Source: a virus. Taken from it: a stretch of 64,000 nucleotides of DNA. Of the stretch, positions 8,471 to 17,745 are shown piece by piece (within the stretch, counting starts at the first letter, position 1; each line of letters starts with the position of its first letter). The notes below the pieces were generated by a model. The model was not told where the DNA came from. It did no database searches and saw only the letters and a program-made list of their open reading frames with translations. The stretch covers positions 1-64,000 of IMG/VR virus record IMGVR_UViG_3300031603_000001; one strand, 5' to 3'. Made by a program: the position numbers and the translations under genes.

Positions 8471-9814
8471 ATGGAAATTCTGCATGAATTAGGCCCACAG
8501 GCACAGTACGCTGGTCAACTCGTTTACGATGCCTTAACAAACAACGGAGTCGTTGGTTTAGATAGTAAAGATAAAGACGTTGTACAGTTCGGTTTTAAAG
8601 ATCTGTTCACGTTGGGCAATGCTATCGAGAGTTCAGATGTTGAACTTGATACCAAGGATTTAATGACCTCTACTGACCTTACACGGATGATCGGTACACA
8701 GATCACCAAAATCGTAGAAGAAGCAATCGAACCAGATTTACTAGTTATCCCTAACTTGTTCCAAGAAGTTCAGTACAGCGGCCCCGGCCGTTCTATCGAA
8801 ATCGGCGGAATGGGTGCGTTTCACGCTGGTGAAGTAGCCGAAGGTACAGAGTACCCAGAGCAAGACTTCAACTATGCTGAAGGCGACATGGTAGCTGTTG
8901 GAATCTCCAAGCACGGTCTGAAAGTGACTGTGACTGAAGAGGTTCTGGAAGATAACTTGTTCGACGTCTTTGGACTATGGATGCGTATGGCCGGTCGTGC
9001 CTTAGCGCGTCACAAAGAAATCTCCGCTCTTAAGCTTATCAACGAATTCGGTTATACCGTATTTGATAATGCCGCACCCACAGACTCTCAAAAGGGAGTT
9101 CTGACTGGACGTGGTATTGATGGCGCACAGAACGGAACAATGAGTGTCGATGACATCTTCGACATGTACACATGGATGTACATGCGCGGATTTGTTCCTG
9201 ATACTATGGTTATCAATCCGCTTGCCTGGCGTGTCTTCATGAGTGATCCCGAAGTACGTGAGATCATCCTCAAGGGTGCAACTCTTGCCACCAAGCGTCT
9301 TCCAAACGGTAGTGGTGCCAATCGCGGTACATCCCACAACGGCCTTGGCCTGCGTCAGGGAAACACCGGCTACGGACTGAATGAAAGCAAGTACCTAACC
9401 GGTGCCAATCCTTTCACCACAGCTCTGAACCCAATGGGCACTACCTGGAACATCCAACCTGAGTATCTACCTTCACCTCTGAAGGTTATTGTCTCCCCAT
9501 ACGTCTCATACCGTATGCTAGACAGTGACGATACTCCTGCATCTAAACCTGTGACCAACATCATCATGGCAGATTCAACTCGCTCCGGTATTCTTCTAAC
9601 GAAGGATGGCGTTTCCATTGACAAATGGGACGATCCAGAACGTGATATCCTTGCAATGAAGATGAAGGAAAAATGGGGTATGGCCCTCATGGAACAAGGT
9701 AAGGGTGTTGCGGTTGCACGTAATGTTGTAGTTGACAAGAACTATGTCTTTGACAATGTCAACTCCAAGGCTCTAGCTGTACTGAACAATACCGCTAAGG
9801 TAACTGAAGTATAA
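8471..9814 (+). CDS. Major capsid protein (HK97 fold)
   Basis: 447 aa. AGEVAEGTEYPE E-loop segment, SKHGLKVTVTEEVLEDNLFDVFGLWMRMAGRALARHKE backbone helix, PDTMVINPLAW, KMKEKWGMAL. Strong RBS and a downstream terminator. Confidence 0.93.
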   Translation: MEILHELGPQAQYAGQLVYDALTNNGVVGLDSKDKDVVQFGFKDLFTLGNAIESSDVELDTKDLMTSTDLTRMIGTQITKIVEEAIEPDLLVIPNLFQEVQYSGPGRSIEIGGMGAFHAGEVAEGTEYPEQDFNYAEGDMVAVGISKHGLKVTVTEEVLEDNLFDVFGLWMRMAGRALARHKEISALKLINEFGYTVFDNAAPTDSQKGVLTGRGIDGAQNGTMSVDDIFDMYTWMYMRGFVPDTMVINPLAWRVFMSDPEVREIILKGATLATKRLPNGSGANRGTSHNGLGLRQGNTGYGLNESKYLTGANPFTTALNPMGTTWNIQPEYLPSPLKVIVSPYVSYRMLDSDDTPASKPVTNIIMADSTRSGILLTKDGVSIDKWDDPERDILAMKMKEKWGMALMEQGKGVAVARNVVVDKNYVFDNVNSKALAVLNNTAKVTEV

Positions 9815-9834
9815 GAGCCCTTGCTAGTAGTATC

Positions 9835-9868
9835 AAAGGGGAGGCTCTAAATATCCTCCCCTTTTTTT
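9835..9868 (+). terminator. Rho-independent terminator after the capsid gene
   Basis: AAAGGGGAGG / CCTCCCCTTT 10-bp stem with a 10-nt loop, running into a T7 tract. Confidence 0.85.
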
Positions 9869-9901
9869 AAACACATCAATCACCGAATTGGAGAAGAGAG
9901 T

Positions 9902-10519
9902 ATGGCAAGCACAAAAGAACAAGTCCTATTAGTAGGCGGATCCATATGGAAATCAGGGGATATCTTTCTGTCAGCAATGACTAAGGGTGTACCTAATCAC
10001 GTTCCTTTAGATAGTATATCAGAAGCCGACCGACCTGCAGTTGACAAAGCAGTGGAGGAAGGCGTTCTTACTATTTGTAAGAGCGTACCAATGACAATCG
10101 CACATGCAAAAACACGACTAGCGAAAGAGGGGCAGGACCCTTTAGTTACGACTGAGTTTACTGGGCGTTTAGAATGGAAAGACCAGAAGGATGTAATCGA
10201 CAAAGATCTGAAACGCGCACCTAAGAATCCTAGCCTTGCAACACGGTCAGCTGTTTACAGCGATCGCAAGAGCAAAGCCTTTAAGATTCTCCAGGCAAGC
10301 GCCAAGACTTTGATGAAAACCTTAGTAGGCGAAGTTGGACAGTACAGTGAAGCTGATGATAAAGCCACATTCCTTCGGGAACTTGAGTATATAGAAAGCC
10401 AAGGGTACAACCCGACTGGAGAAGCTCGTACGTCAGTAGCCCATTTAATTGGAACACTACTAGAGCCCTTCAATGCAGGAGGCTTGTCGGTCTCACCTGT
10501 TGTAAGCTTCGCGGAGTAA
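9902..10519 (+). CDS. Hypothetical virion (head/neck region) protein
   Basis: 205 aa with a GGAG RBS; position directly after the capsid gene; no recognisable motif. Confidence 0.55.
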   Translation: MASTKEQVLLVGGSIWKSGDIFLSAMTKGVPNHVPLDSISEADRPAVDKAVEEGVLTICKSVPMTIAHAKTRLAKEGQDPLVTTEFTGRLEWKDQKDVIDKDLKRAPKNPSLATRSAVYSDRKSKAFKILQASAKTLMKTLVGEVGQYSEADDKATFLRELEYIESQGYNPTGEARTSVAHLIGTLLEPFNAGGLSVSPVVSFAE

Positions 10520-10523
10520 GTAA

Positions 10524-11747
10524 ATGGCCCTAGTCATTTCCAGTACTACACCTCAGGATGGTAATAATGACCTGAGCGTAAACACGCCGTTGCATGTAAT
10601 CTTTAATCAAGAGATCATAGCAACACAGCTTACGCAAAAACACTTCAACCTGATCAAAGTAGACACGATGATGCCTATAACGGCTGTCGTTTCCTACCAT
10701 GTCGAAGACGGTGAGTACGACTATACCCAAATTGTTATCACACCAGGGACCACAGTCTCAGCCGAGCCGCTGTATAAGAACACAGCTTATCGGTTGTATG
10801 TTAACAAAGGTATAGAGTCCAGTGACGGGGACACACTACAACGCGGTTTCGCCTTAGATTTTGCCACAGGCGGAGCAGTAGTAGCAGCACCAGAAACACC
10901 AGCAGCACCTGAAGATGTATTTGTCGGGAATGAATTACGTATTATGCGTAGCACACCTTCTGATAATGACCTCAATTCAGTGGGTAATCAAGTTACTATT
11001 ATATTTAATCAGGGTGTACCTGACGCTACAATAGTATTAGTTACTGCCAAAGACCCCCTTGGATGGCCCTTAACAGCGCCAGATCCTTGGGCCGCAGCAG
11101 CGGAGACAACCATAAGTGGCAGACTACTTACCTTTAAACCAGCTGACGCTGCAATACTTCTATCACAGAACCGTGTCTACAGTCTAGAGATTATCTACCC
11201 AGATAATGATTTAGTACCAACAATAGAATTTATGACGGTGCTTGCACCTATGTATTCTACTGTTGATGAAGCAAGACTAGAGTACGGACAGGCAAGCCAA
11301 GACCTGTCAGACTTCGAGTTGGTGCTTCACCTTCATCGTATCAGTGTTGAATCGGCACTATCCTGGAATCATGGAGCAGGCAGCGTGCCCGCCGTGACTC
11401 CCTACTATTTGAAAGAGTACGTCAAGTTTCGAACAGTACAGCAACTTATGGTTGATGAGACACGGAACAGCAGATCTACTGGACACAAATCCGTGACACT
11501 TGGAGACATGCGTGTTCAACTAAGAGATTTGGATAAAGACGCTCTAGCGGATGTTAACGGAATGGTAGCAGCTCTTTACGAGAAGATATGGAATGGCAGT
11601 ACAGCGACCATACCTCTCAACGATGGAACACCGGGTTACGCACTCATTGGATTAAAATCTAAATCCGCAGACATTGGGGTTACTAGACCAGGAGTGCACG
11701 AGATAGGCATGGGTAGAACGCTGCCGTCAGACCCAAGGTTAGCCTAA
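10524..11747 (+). CDS. Head-tail adaptor-like protein with two N-terminal Ig-like (Big_5-type) domains
   Basis: VISSTTPQDGNNDLSVNTPLHVIFNQEI and IMRSTPSDNDLNSVGNQVTIIFNQGV are Big_5-like starts. The C-terminal MYSTVDEARL...KSVTLGDMRV region is adaptor-like. Confidence 0.65.
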   Translation: MALVISSTTPQDGNNDLSVNTPLHVIFNQEIIATQLTQKHFNLIKVDTMMPITAVVSYHVEDGEYDYTQIVITPGTTVSAEPLYKNTAYRLYVNKGIESSDGDTLQRGFALDFATGGAVVAAPETPAAPEDVFVGNELRIMRSTPSDNDLNSVGNQVTIIFNQGVPDATIVLVTAKDPLGWPLTAPDPWAAAAETTISGRLLTFKPADAAILLSQNRVYSLEIIYPDNDLVPTIEFMTVLAPMYSTVDEARLEYGQASQDLSDFELVLHLHRISVESALSWNHGAGSVPAVTPYYLKEYVKFRTVQQLMVDETRNSRSTGHKSVTLGDMRVQLRDLDKDALADVNGMVAALYEKIWNGSTATIPLNDGTPGYALIGLKSKSADIGVTRPGVHEIGMGRTLPSDPRLA

Positions 11748-12205
11748 TGCTAGGCCTACGCGTACAACGCGGAAAGTCTACAAACATGGTAAACGACATC
11801 ATGACCCAGTTTGGTGGGCATGTTATTTACCGTCGTTACGATCTTTCTCAACCAGCAAGTCAAGACACTATGACAGGCGAAGGTACAGGACAGCGTGATC
11901 GCTGGCAGTTCACTGACGAAGTAGCAATATCTCGTCAAGACGCTACCGGTATCACTGGTACTAAAGGCCTTGTTATAGATCAGAGTCTCTTCTATTTTCC
12001 AGCATCAGTAAATCCCAAACGTGGAGACGTTGTAATTGCGGTTATACTACCTAACATACCCAGCAACGCTATCACGAAGAACGATGTACTGCACGCCCCT
12101 GAAAGGGAGCGCTATAGAATCATCGAAGTTGATACCAAACGGTTCCACGGAGGAACCCTCGATCACTTCGTATGTATTGTAGAACCAGAATTAGGTAATT
12201 ACTAA
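11747..12205 (+). CDS. Head closure / stopper-type neck protein
   Basis: 152 aa; FYFPASVNPKRGDVVI and YRIIEVD pattern; canonical position; TAATG coupling. Confidence 0.6.
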   Translation: MLGLRVQRGKSTNMVNDIMTQFGGHVIYRRYDLSQPASQDTMTGEGTGQRDRWQFTDEVAISRQDATGITGTKGLVIDQSLFYFPASVNPKRGDVVIAVILPNIPSNAITKNDVLHAPERERYRIIEVDTKRFHGGTLDHFVCIVEPELGNY

Positions 12206-12206
12206 A

Positions 12207-12866
12207 GTGCAACTAACAATTTACACAGAGAACCCGTACTCGCTAGAGCTTGGTCCTATTACCAGCCCAGCGGATGCGCCTAAAATGTGCACAGGACTCC
12301 CAGAGTTCATTGCATTTCTGCGTAGAGCCTTGATCGTCATATCGGATCCTGAAGTACCATTACTTCTAGAACCGAATTTCCCAGAATACTTGGTAAACGA
12401 CGTTCCAGCAAAGCACAATCCAGTAATCACCTGGACAGTAGAGAAGATGTTACCCGTCGCTTTTGGCGGTAAACCAAATGAGAATGCTAACTCTGGCCAT
12501 CGAGAGACGGCCCCTAGACTTCGTGAAGAAGTAGAGGATGACGAAGGAGTGTTGTATAACATCATGTCGCAGGGCATGCATGCTTACATACGCTTTGACA
12601 TCTGGACGGCGCAAGCAGCAGACGCTGAGCGTCTATGCGAATGGTTTCGTAGGTTTTTCATGGCATACATCGGCCCGTCAGCGGGAGCTAGTATGCTACG
12701 CATGTACGAACGGAAAACAGACAAAGAAGTCTCAAAGATAAACAATAAGCTTCACGTGCGGTCACTCGTTTATATCGCACAGTTCGAAGAAGTAACTGCC
12801 GTTCGCACTGATAGGATACAATCCATCACCGCAAGCATTGAGCAGTCTCCATCCACGAGTAATTAG
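12207..12866 (+). CDS. Tail terminator / tail completion protein
   Basis: YIRFDIWTAQAADAERLCEWFRRFF and LHVRSLVYIAQFEE pattern; immediately before the sheath gene. Confidence 0.6.
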   Translation: MQLTIYTENPYSLELGPITSPADAPKMCTGLPEFIAFLRRALIVISDPEVPLLLEPNFPEYLVNDVPAKHNPVITWTVEKMLPVAFGGKPNENANSGHRETAPRLREEVEDDEGVLYNIMSQGMHAYIRFDIWTAQAADAERLCEWFRRFFMAYIGPSAGASMLRMYERKTDKEVSKINNKLHVRSLVYIAQFEEVTAVRTDRIQSITASIEQSPSTSN

Positions 12867-12877
12867 GAGTGTTTGAA

Positions 12878-15610
12878 ATGACTACACCCCGAATGAATTT
12901 CCCTCTCAACGACGGTAGTTTACCTCGTACGAGTGCCGCACCAGAATCAAATCGCCGGGTTATTCTGTTCGGAACTTCTGAATTAGGACCAATGCACACA
13001 GCCGTATCTGTATTCGACGGTAAAGCTGCACGTTCTATCTTTGGGAGCTCCGCAAAAGGCACACTCGTTCGTGCAATTGATGAAGCAATCGGATCACAGA
13101 GTGCATCACCTAAGCAAGCAAACATCGTTGCTGTACGTCTCGGGAAAGAGCTGGCTGCTAAAGCTAGCAAACAATACACCGAGTCTGGTGGCAGTTCTAT
13201 TGCAATGACCTTGTATGGAACTACTGAAAGTACCAAATTCAATGAAGTTCTAACTAGCATTGATCCCAATGAGTTTAAGATTTACAACCCAATTCAATCG
13301 AAGTGGGCTGTCTTTGCCATTGATTTTTCTGCTACACCAAACCAAGCCTTATACAATGACGTACTAGAACTTACGGATGCGATTAACCTCGACTCTGTAT
13401 CTAGCGAAGTTGTACTAGCCGTGCCAACTTACAAGAACGCACGCTTTGAACTAGATCTTGCAGCAGCAGAATTCAGCGCAGCTGGTAAGATTGATCTTGG
13501 AGACTCCGGTCTTACAGAGATCACAGGTAGCCTCGTTGATGACAATGCAACAGTCGTCACAGCTTCAGGTCTTGTCGGCGCAAGTTACCTACAGCCAGCA
13601 GACGATAGCCTGAAACGTGTACAAGCTATCAATAAAGCCTATGCTATCACAGCATCAGACTTCGTTGAAATTCCAGCGAATACACTACAGTATAACATCC
13701 CAACAGGGATCGTACACAAGACCGCTAACACCGGTTACGATACTCTATTGAATGTCTCAGAAGTTAAGTCAGTTGATGTAGACTTAGCGGAGTGGGCTAA
13801 GATTCCTAACGCAGGCGGTACTCCGACTGTAAAGGGCTCTGCCTTCGAGATGATTGATGCGGAGGCGTTTACCATCACTGCTGCTACTAATGCTACTGAT
13901 AGTATTACAGCTACAATCACTTCTCCCTTTGGGTTAGGTGTGATTGGAGACGGATTCCTAAAAGCTGCCACTACTGACACGTACGCGTATGCTTTAGAGA
14001 TTGCAATGGGATACACAGCAGACGAGATGGTTGCGGCGGAATTACTTCCTGCAGCTGCTAACCTGGATGCCTTCGGAATCACAGAGAACCTCGTAATCAC
14101 AGTGTCTTACGCAGGCACAGACTATTTCTTCCACTCAGCTGATGCAGGAGCAATCCTCTTCACAGTATGGGATAATACCACTAAGCTAGCTACCGTCGAA
14201 CTTGATGGTTCAAAAGCTAAGAATGGTCTTGGAATAGTAAATGCACTAGTTATTGCTGATGCTCCCGCAGAAGTAGCAATAGTAGCAGGAGCCACTGCCG
14301 TAGGTACCGGCATCACAGCTACTGGTCTGATGGACGAAGTCGCTTCAGGCAACACTCTTGGGTCTGCTTCAACAAACTATCGCTTCTTCGGAAACACGGT
14401 CAAGTTTGGCGCAGCATCCTCACGTCGCCGCTTTGTACGTCACCTGGCAAAAATCGATTACTCCCTTGAAGATGCAGTCTTCTCTCAAGATGAACGTTAC
14501 ATCCAGCTTAATGGACCAGCTCCAGGGATGAACGATGGCGCAATGAGCGGAAACATCATCGTCGGGTTTGATGTCGACTACATCCCAGCTAACCCAGCAA
14601 CTGCCTTAGCGCAGTCTCTGTTAACTGGCGGTGCAAGTGGATATGGAGTCGTAGATAACCCAACTATCTTCAAACGTGAAGTTCTCCAAGGGCTATACGC
14701 AGTAGAGAACCTGGAATACTCAGCAATCAGTATCCCTAAGTTCTATATTGACGCTCCTGAAACTACATACGATCCTAGCACTGGTGCGCAAGTTATCCAG
14801 AATGCCGGCTATGCCGACATCCTGTCTGATTACTTCAACGACCAGTACGGCGGACACGCACTTGCTTTCTTAGAACCAATGCCTCTAGTAGGTACAGGCC
14901 CTAACAAAGCTGTAACACGTGCCGATGTCTCAGCTCGTTTCGAGAAGATGGCCGTTGTTAACGCACTGGATCCCCTACGTGCAGCTAACAAACTAGCCGC
15001 GATCTCTGACCTTCACTTATTCCTAGTGGATATGGAAGCTCAGTTCACAAGTGACAGCGTTGCTTACAATTCCGGGACAGGTGCAGCAATGGCAGGCCTA
15101 GCGTCTACTATGAACTCCGATTCCGCATTGTACACAATGAAGTTACCTAACGTTAGCAAACTCGTCTGGCGCTACACAGAGCGTAACGCGGCTGGTGAAA
15201 GCCAAGTTGACTTGCTCAGCACAGCACGTGTTAACGTTGGTATCGTAGAAGCTCGAGGCATCCGTTTATCAGATGCTATCACTCTCGCGGGTGAAGAGTC
15301 AGACTACACTCTCCTATCTACATTCTGGATGGTAGAAAAGATGCTTGGCATTGCAGAGGTTGTTGGAAAAGACTACATGGGTAAATCCCCAAGTCTACTT
15401 CGCATCCAGTCACTATACCAGGCTCTCCGTAGTGCATATGATGAAATGAAACCAGATGAGCTTACTGCTTACGATCTACAGATTAACGTTGACTCCAATG
15501 CGAAAGCAATGAAGGAAATCGATCTGCAGCTCCAACCAGTACCTGCTGGTGAAGTCCGTGGCTTCACAATGACCACAACGCTTCGTAACTCAGAAGCTGA
15601 CATAGTCTAA
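12878..15610 (+). CDS. Contractile tail sheath protein with large inserted outer domains
   Basis: ATG 12878 follows a GGAG RBS (track start is 12869). N-terminal RRVILFGTSELGP...ARSIFG...GTLVRAIDEA and C-terminal LSDAITLAGEESDYTLLST...DYMGK sheath segments; followed by tube genes. Confidence 0.9.
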   Translation: MTTPRMNFPLNDGSLPRTSAAPESNRRVILFGTSELGPMHTAVSVFDGKAARSIFGSSAKGTLVRAIDEAIGSQSASPKQANIVAVRLGKELAAKASKQYTESGGSSIAMTLYGTTESTKFNEVLTSIDPNEFKIYNPIQSKWAVFAIDFSATPNQALYNDVLELTDAINLDSVSSEVVLAVPTYKNARFELDLAAAEFSAAGKIDLGDSGLTEITGSLVDDNATVVTASGLVGASYLQPADDSLKRVQAINKAYAITASDFVEIPANTLQYNIPTGIVHKTANTGYDTLLNVSEVKSVDVDLAEWAKIPNAGGTPTVKGSAFEMIDAEAFTITAATNATDSITATITSPFGLGVIGDGFLKAATTDTYAYALEIAMGYTADEMVAAELLPAAANLDAFGITENLVITVSYAGTDYFFHSADAGAILFTVWDNTTKLATVELDGSKAKNGLGIVNALVIADAPAEVAIVAGATAVGTGITATGLMDEVASGNTLGSASTNYRFFGNTVKFGAASSRRRFVRHLAKIDYSLEDAVFSQDERYIQLNGPAPGMNDGAMSGNIIVGFDVDYIPANPATALAQSLLTGGASGYGVVDNPTIFKREVLQGLYAVENLEYSAISIPKFYIDAPETTYDPSTGAQVIQNAGYADILSDYFNDQYGGHALAFLEPMPLVGTGPNKAVTRADVSARFEKMAVVNALDPLRAANKLAAISDLHLFLVDMEAQFTSDSVAYNSGTGAAMAGLASTMNSDSALYTMKLPNVSKLVWRYTERNAAGESQVDLLSTARVNVGIVEARGIRLSDAITLAGEESDYTLLSTFWMVEKMLGIAEVVGKDYMGKSPSLLRIQSLYQALRSAYDEMKPDELTAYDLQINVDSNAKAMKEIDLQLQPVPAGEVRGFTMTTTLRNSEADIV

Positions 15611-15630
15611 GACAGACATAACATCTTATG
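15611..15630 (+). promoter_or_regulatory. Motif A (GACAGACATAAC) with a CATAA-N4-TTATG inverted repeat, upstream of the tube gene
   Basis: Immediately after the sheath stop; the same CATAA-N4-TTATG occurs at 19032-19045. Confidence 0.5.
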
Positions 15631-15646
15631 ACTGTTATTAGACACC

Positions 15647-15660
15647 CCCGCCTCTGAGCG
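15647..15660 (+). promoter_or_regulatory. Motif B (CCCGCCTCTGAGCG) in the tube leader
   Basis: 15/16 identity (CCCGCCT[C/T]TGAGCGTT) with 5245-5260. Confidence 0.55.
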
Positions 15661-15674
15661 TTCCATTTGGTGAC

Positions 15675-15696
15675 GGGGCTCTTACACAAGGGCCCC
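15675..15696 (+). promoter_or_regulatory. GC-rich leader hairpin without a U-tract
   Basis: GGGGCTCTT-ACAC-AAGGGCCCC, a 9-bp stem with one G-U pair. No poly-T follows, so it is more likely an mRNA stabiliser than a terminator. Confidence 0.45.
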
Positions 15697-15722
15697 CTTA
15701 CCCAAGATAGGAAGTACCAAAA

Positions 15723-16289
15723 ATGCCTAGTTTTGACATTACTCAATCCACTACTGAGGCTATTCAGACCTTCTCAACTTTCTCTGGCTCTGACATCAAA
15801 GCATCTTTCAATAGCATCGAGATCGGAAACCTACAGGGACTATCTGTTTCTGTTAACCGTGAAACACGGCCGGTCTTCGTAATGGGAAATGAAAATGCTG
15901 TCAGCTTCTCACGAGGAAAACGCGGTATCGCAGGATCAATTATCCTCTCTACCTTCGATAAGCATGCCTTAGCTGATGTGCTTAAAGAATCCAGCGTGTA
16001 CAAGAAGGACCAAAATGGTCTGGTTAATGACGCTGATCGCGTTCGTATCTTAGATGACGGAGCCGAGCTAAACGCTTACACAGCTAACGGTCCCGCAATC
16101 TATGCGGATGAACTTCCTCCATTCGATATCTACCTAGTTGCTCGTAACTCATATGGCAAAGCTGCCACTATGGTTATTCGCGGCGTAATCCTCATTAGCG
16201 AGGGCACAGGTGTGTCAGTGGATGATGCAACACAAGAATCACAGCTTACATTTGTTGCCCAACACGTAGAGTGGTGGAAAGCTCTTTAA
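15723..16289 (+). CDS. Major tail tube protein
   Basis: TFSGSDI...LQGLSVSVNRE.RPVFVMG...SRGKRGIAGSII...DELPPFDI...IRGVILISEGTGVSVDD myophage tube signature; directly after the sheath gene. Confidence 0.85.
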   Translation: MPSFDITQSTTEAIQTFSTFSGSDIKASFNSIEIGNLQGLSVSVNRETRPVFVMGNENAVSFSRGKRGIAGSIILSTFDKHALADVLKESSVYKKDQNGLVNDADRVRILDDGAELNAYTANGPAIYADELPPFDIYLVARNSYGKAATMVIRGVILISEGTGVSVDDATQESQLTFVAQHVEWWKAL

Positions 16290-16303
16290 ACTAGAGGTTA
16301 ATT

Positions 16304-16876
16304 ATGGCTGCTTTTAGCTACGATGCAAACGATCGTGAAATGATGGCATACTCAGGTGTGCAGGTTCATACCATGTTCGTTTTCCCATCGCAGATAGGCG
16401 CAAACCAATACTCTGGTTCAACTAGCGCAGACGATGAAGCTGCCGACTATAGATTACCGAATCTCTCTACTCTCTCAATAAGCACGCATAGGGAAAAACT
16501 CCCCGTGCGTGCACTCGGTAAATCTGGTCCGCGTGGATACACTTATGGTCCACGTACAACTGCAGGGAGTATGGTGTTTATTAATCCTTCTACTGAAGGT
16601 ATTCTTGAAGCACTCCAAAGAAACCTCGCCAACAACAGTGTGTACAACAAGGCTACAAAGCTGGATGAACTTCCACCTTTCAATGTAGTCGGTATGGTAA
16701 TCCAGGAAACCGGAGCCCGGCCACTAGTATTCGAACTCTACGGAGTTACGTTTGTCGACAATGGCACCACACTGGGTGTTGATGAAGGTTATACAGAAAC
16801 GGTAGTACAATACCTAGCACTAGATCTATCTGAGATTAGATCCGTGGATGCACGCCAACCTGTATCTAATCACTGA
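16304..16876 (+). CDS. Tail tube paralogue 2
   Basis: AYSGVQV, LSTLSISTHREKLPVRALG, GPRTTAGSMVF, LDELPPFNV and LYGVTFVDNGTTLGVDE align with the preceding tube gene. Confidence 0.8.
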   Translation: MAAFSYDANDREMMAYSGVQVHTMFVFPSQIGANQYSGSTSADDEAADYRLPNLSTLSISTHREKLPVRALGKSGPRGYTYGPRTTAGSMVFINPSTEGILEALQRNLANNSVYNKATKLDELPPFNVVGMVIQETGARPLVFELYGVTFVDNGTTLGVDEGYTETVVQYLALDLSEIRSVDARQPVSNH

Positions 16877-16884
16877 GGCGCATA

Positions 16885-17745
16885 ATGCCGGCCTCCTTTA
16901 TCCCATTATACTACTGCGGAGACAATCTTACAGTAGCACTTAACACCCCGTACCAATCCCTTCCAAACATCATAGAAACTATCTATTTTAACGTAAGCGA
17001 ACTCGGAGCTGATCAGCCTATCTACGGCCACACCGATCGTTTACCATCTCAGTTCTCCCCAGGTACTCGCCTGATACAGGGAACGCTTGCTGTACCAATG
17101 GGTCTGCTACCTGATTGGGTAATGAATTATCCAAACCAAGGTAACGGCACTCTCACTGTACAGCCAGAAAACAATACTCTTCCTTTACTAATAATTAAAG
17201 CAGTCAACATCCAAGGTATCCATCAGTCTATCTCCCCAGATGGGCAGGTTAGCCTACAGACTGTGTCCTTTATAGGAATCCGTGACGCAGACAGGGTGGA
17301 AGTACACAACCAGCAACTAGATCCAAAAGATATAATACATAAACATGTATTCTTATGGGAACTGTGGGCAGGAGAACCTACATGGAACACCTGGATCAAC
17401 GCCAAGTTCCCTGTAGCTAGCCCTTTCATAGCACCAGGTATAGAAGCATGGTCCGCACTTCCAGGTAAAGAACAGCTGAAACTGAACACCATAACATTAA
17501 TGGGAGATGATACCTTCGAACTTGAAGACCAACTCAGGTACATGGATGGTATGCAGATACTAAATAGATGGGCACATAATTCGCTATATTTATGGCAGCA
17601 CGCTGATCTAGACACGAACACATCTGACTGGTATTTCATAGAAGCGTTTGCTGGACCAAACACAGCTACGCCATGGTACACCTTCGCTAATCATAAACTC
17701 TCAGAGACGCAGGCCAACTTGTTAACAGCATGGGTAACAGGATAA
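16885..17745 (+). CDS. Tube-fold paralogue 3 with a C-terminal extension (tube initiator-like)
   Basis: YYCGDNL, QPIYGH, PGTRLIQGTL and IKAVNIQGIHQSISPDGQ correspond to tube motifs; extra Trp-rich C-terminal region of about 140 aa. Confidence 0.6.
   Translation: MPASFIPLYYCGDNLTVALNTPYQSLPNIIETIYFNVSELGADQPIYGHTDRLPSQFSPGTRLIQGTLAVPMGLLPDWVMNYPNQGNGTLTVQPENNTLPLLIIKAVNIQGIHQSISPDGQVSLQTVSFIGIRDADRVEVHNQQLDPKDIIHKHVFLWELWAGEPTWNTWINAKFPVASPFIAPGIEAWSALPGKEQLKLNTITLMGDDTFELEDQLRYMDGMQILNRWAHNSLYLWQHADLDTNTSDWYFIEAFAGPNTATPWYTFANHKLSETQANLLTAWVTG

Noticed and set aside
15675-15696. Terminator between sheath and tube
   Set aside because: The stem is strong but has no U-tract and lies downstream of motifs A and B; kept only as a leader hairpin.
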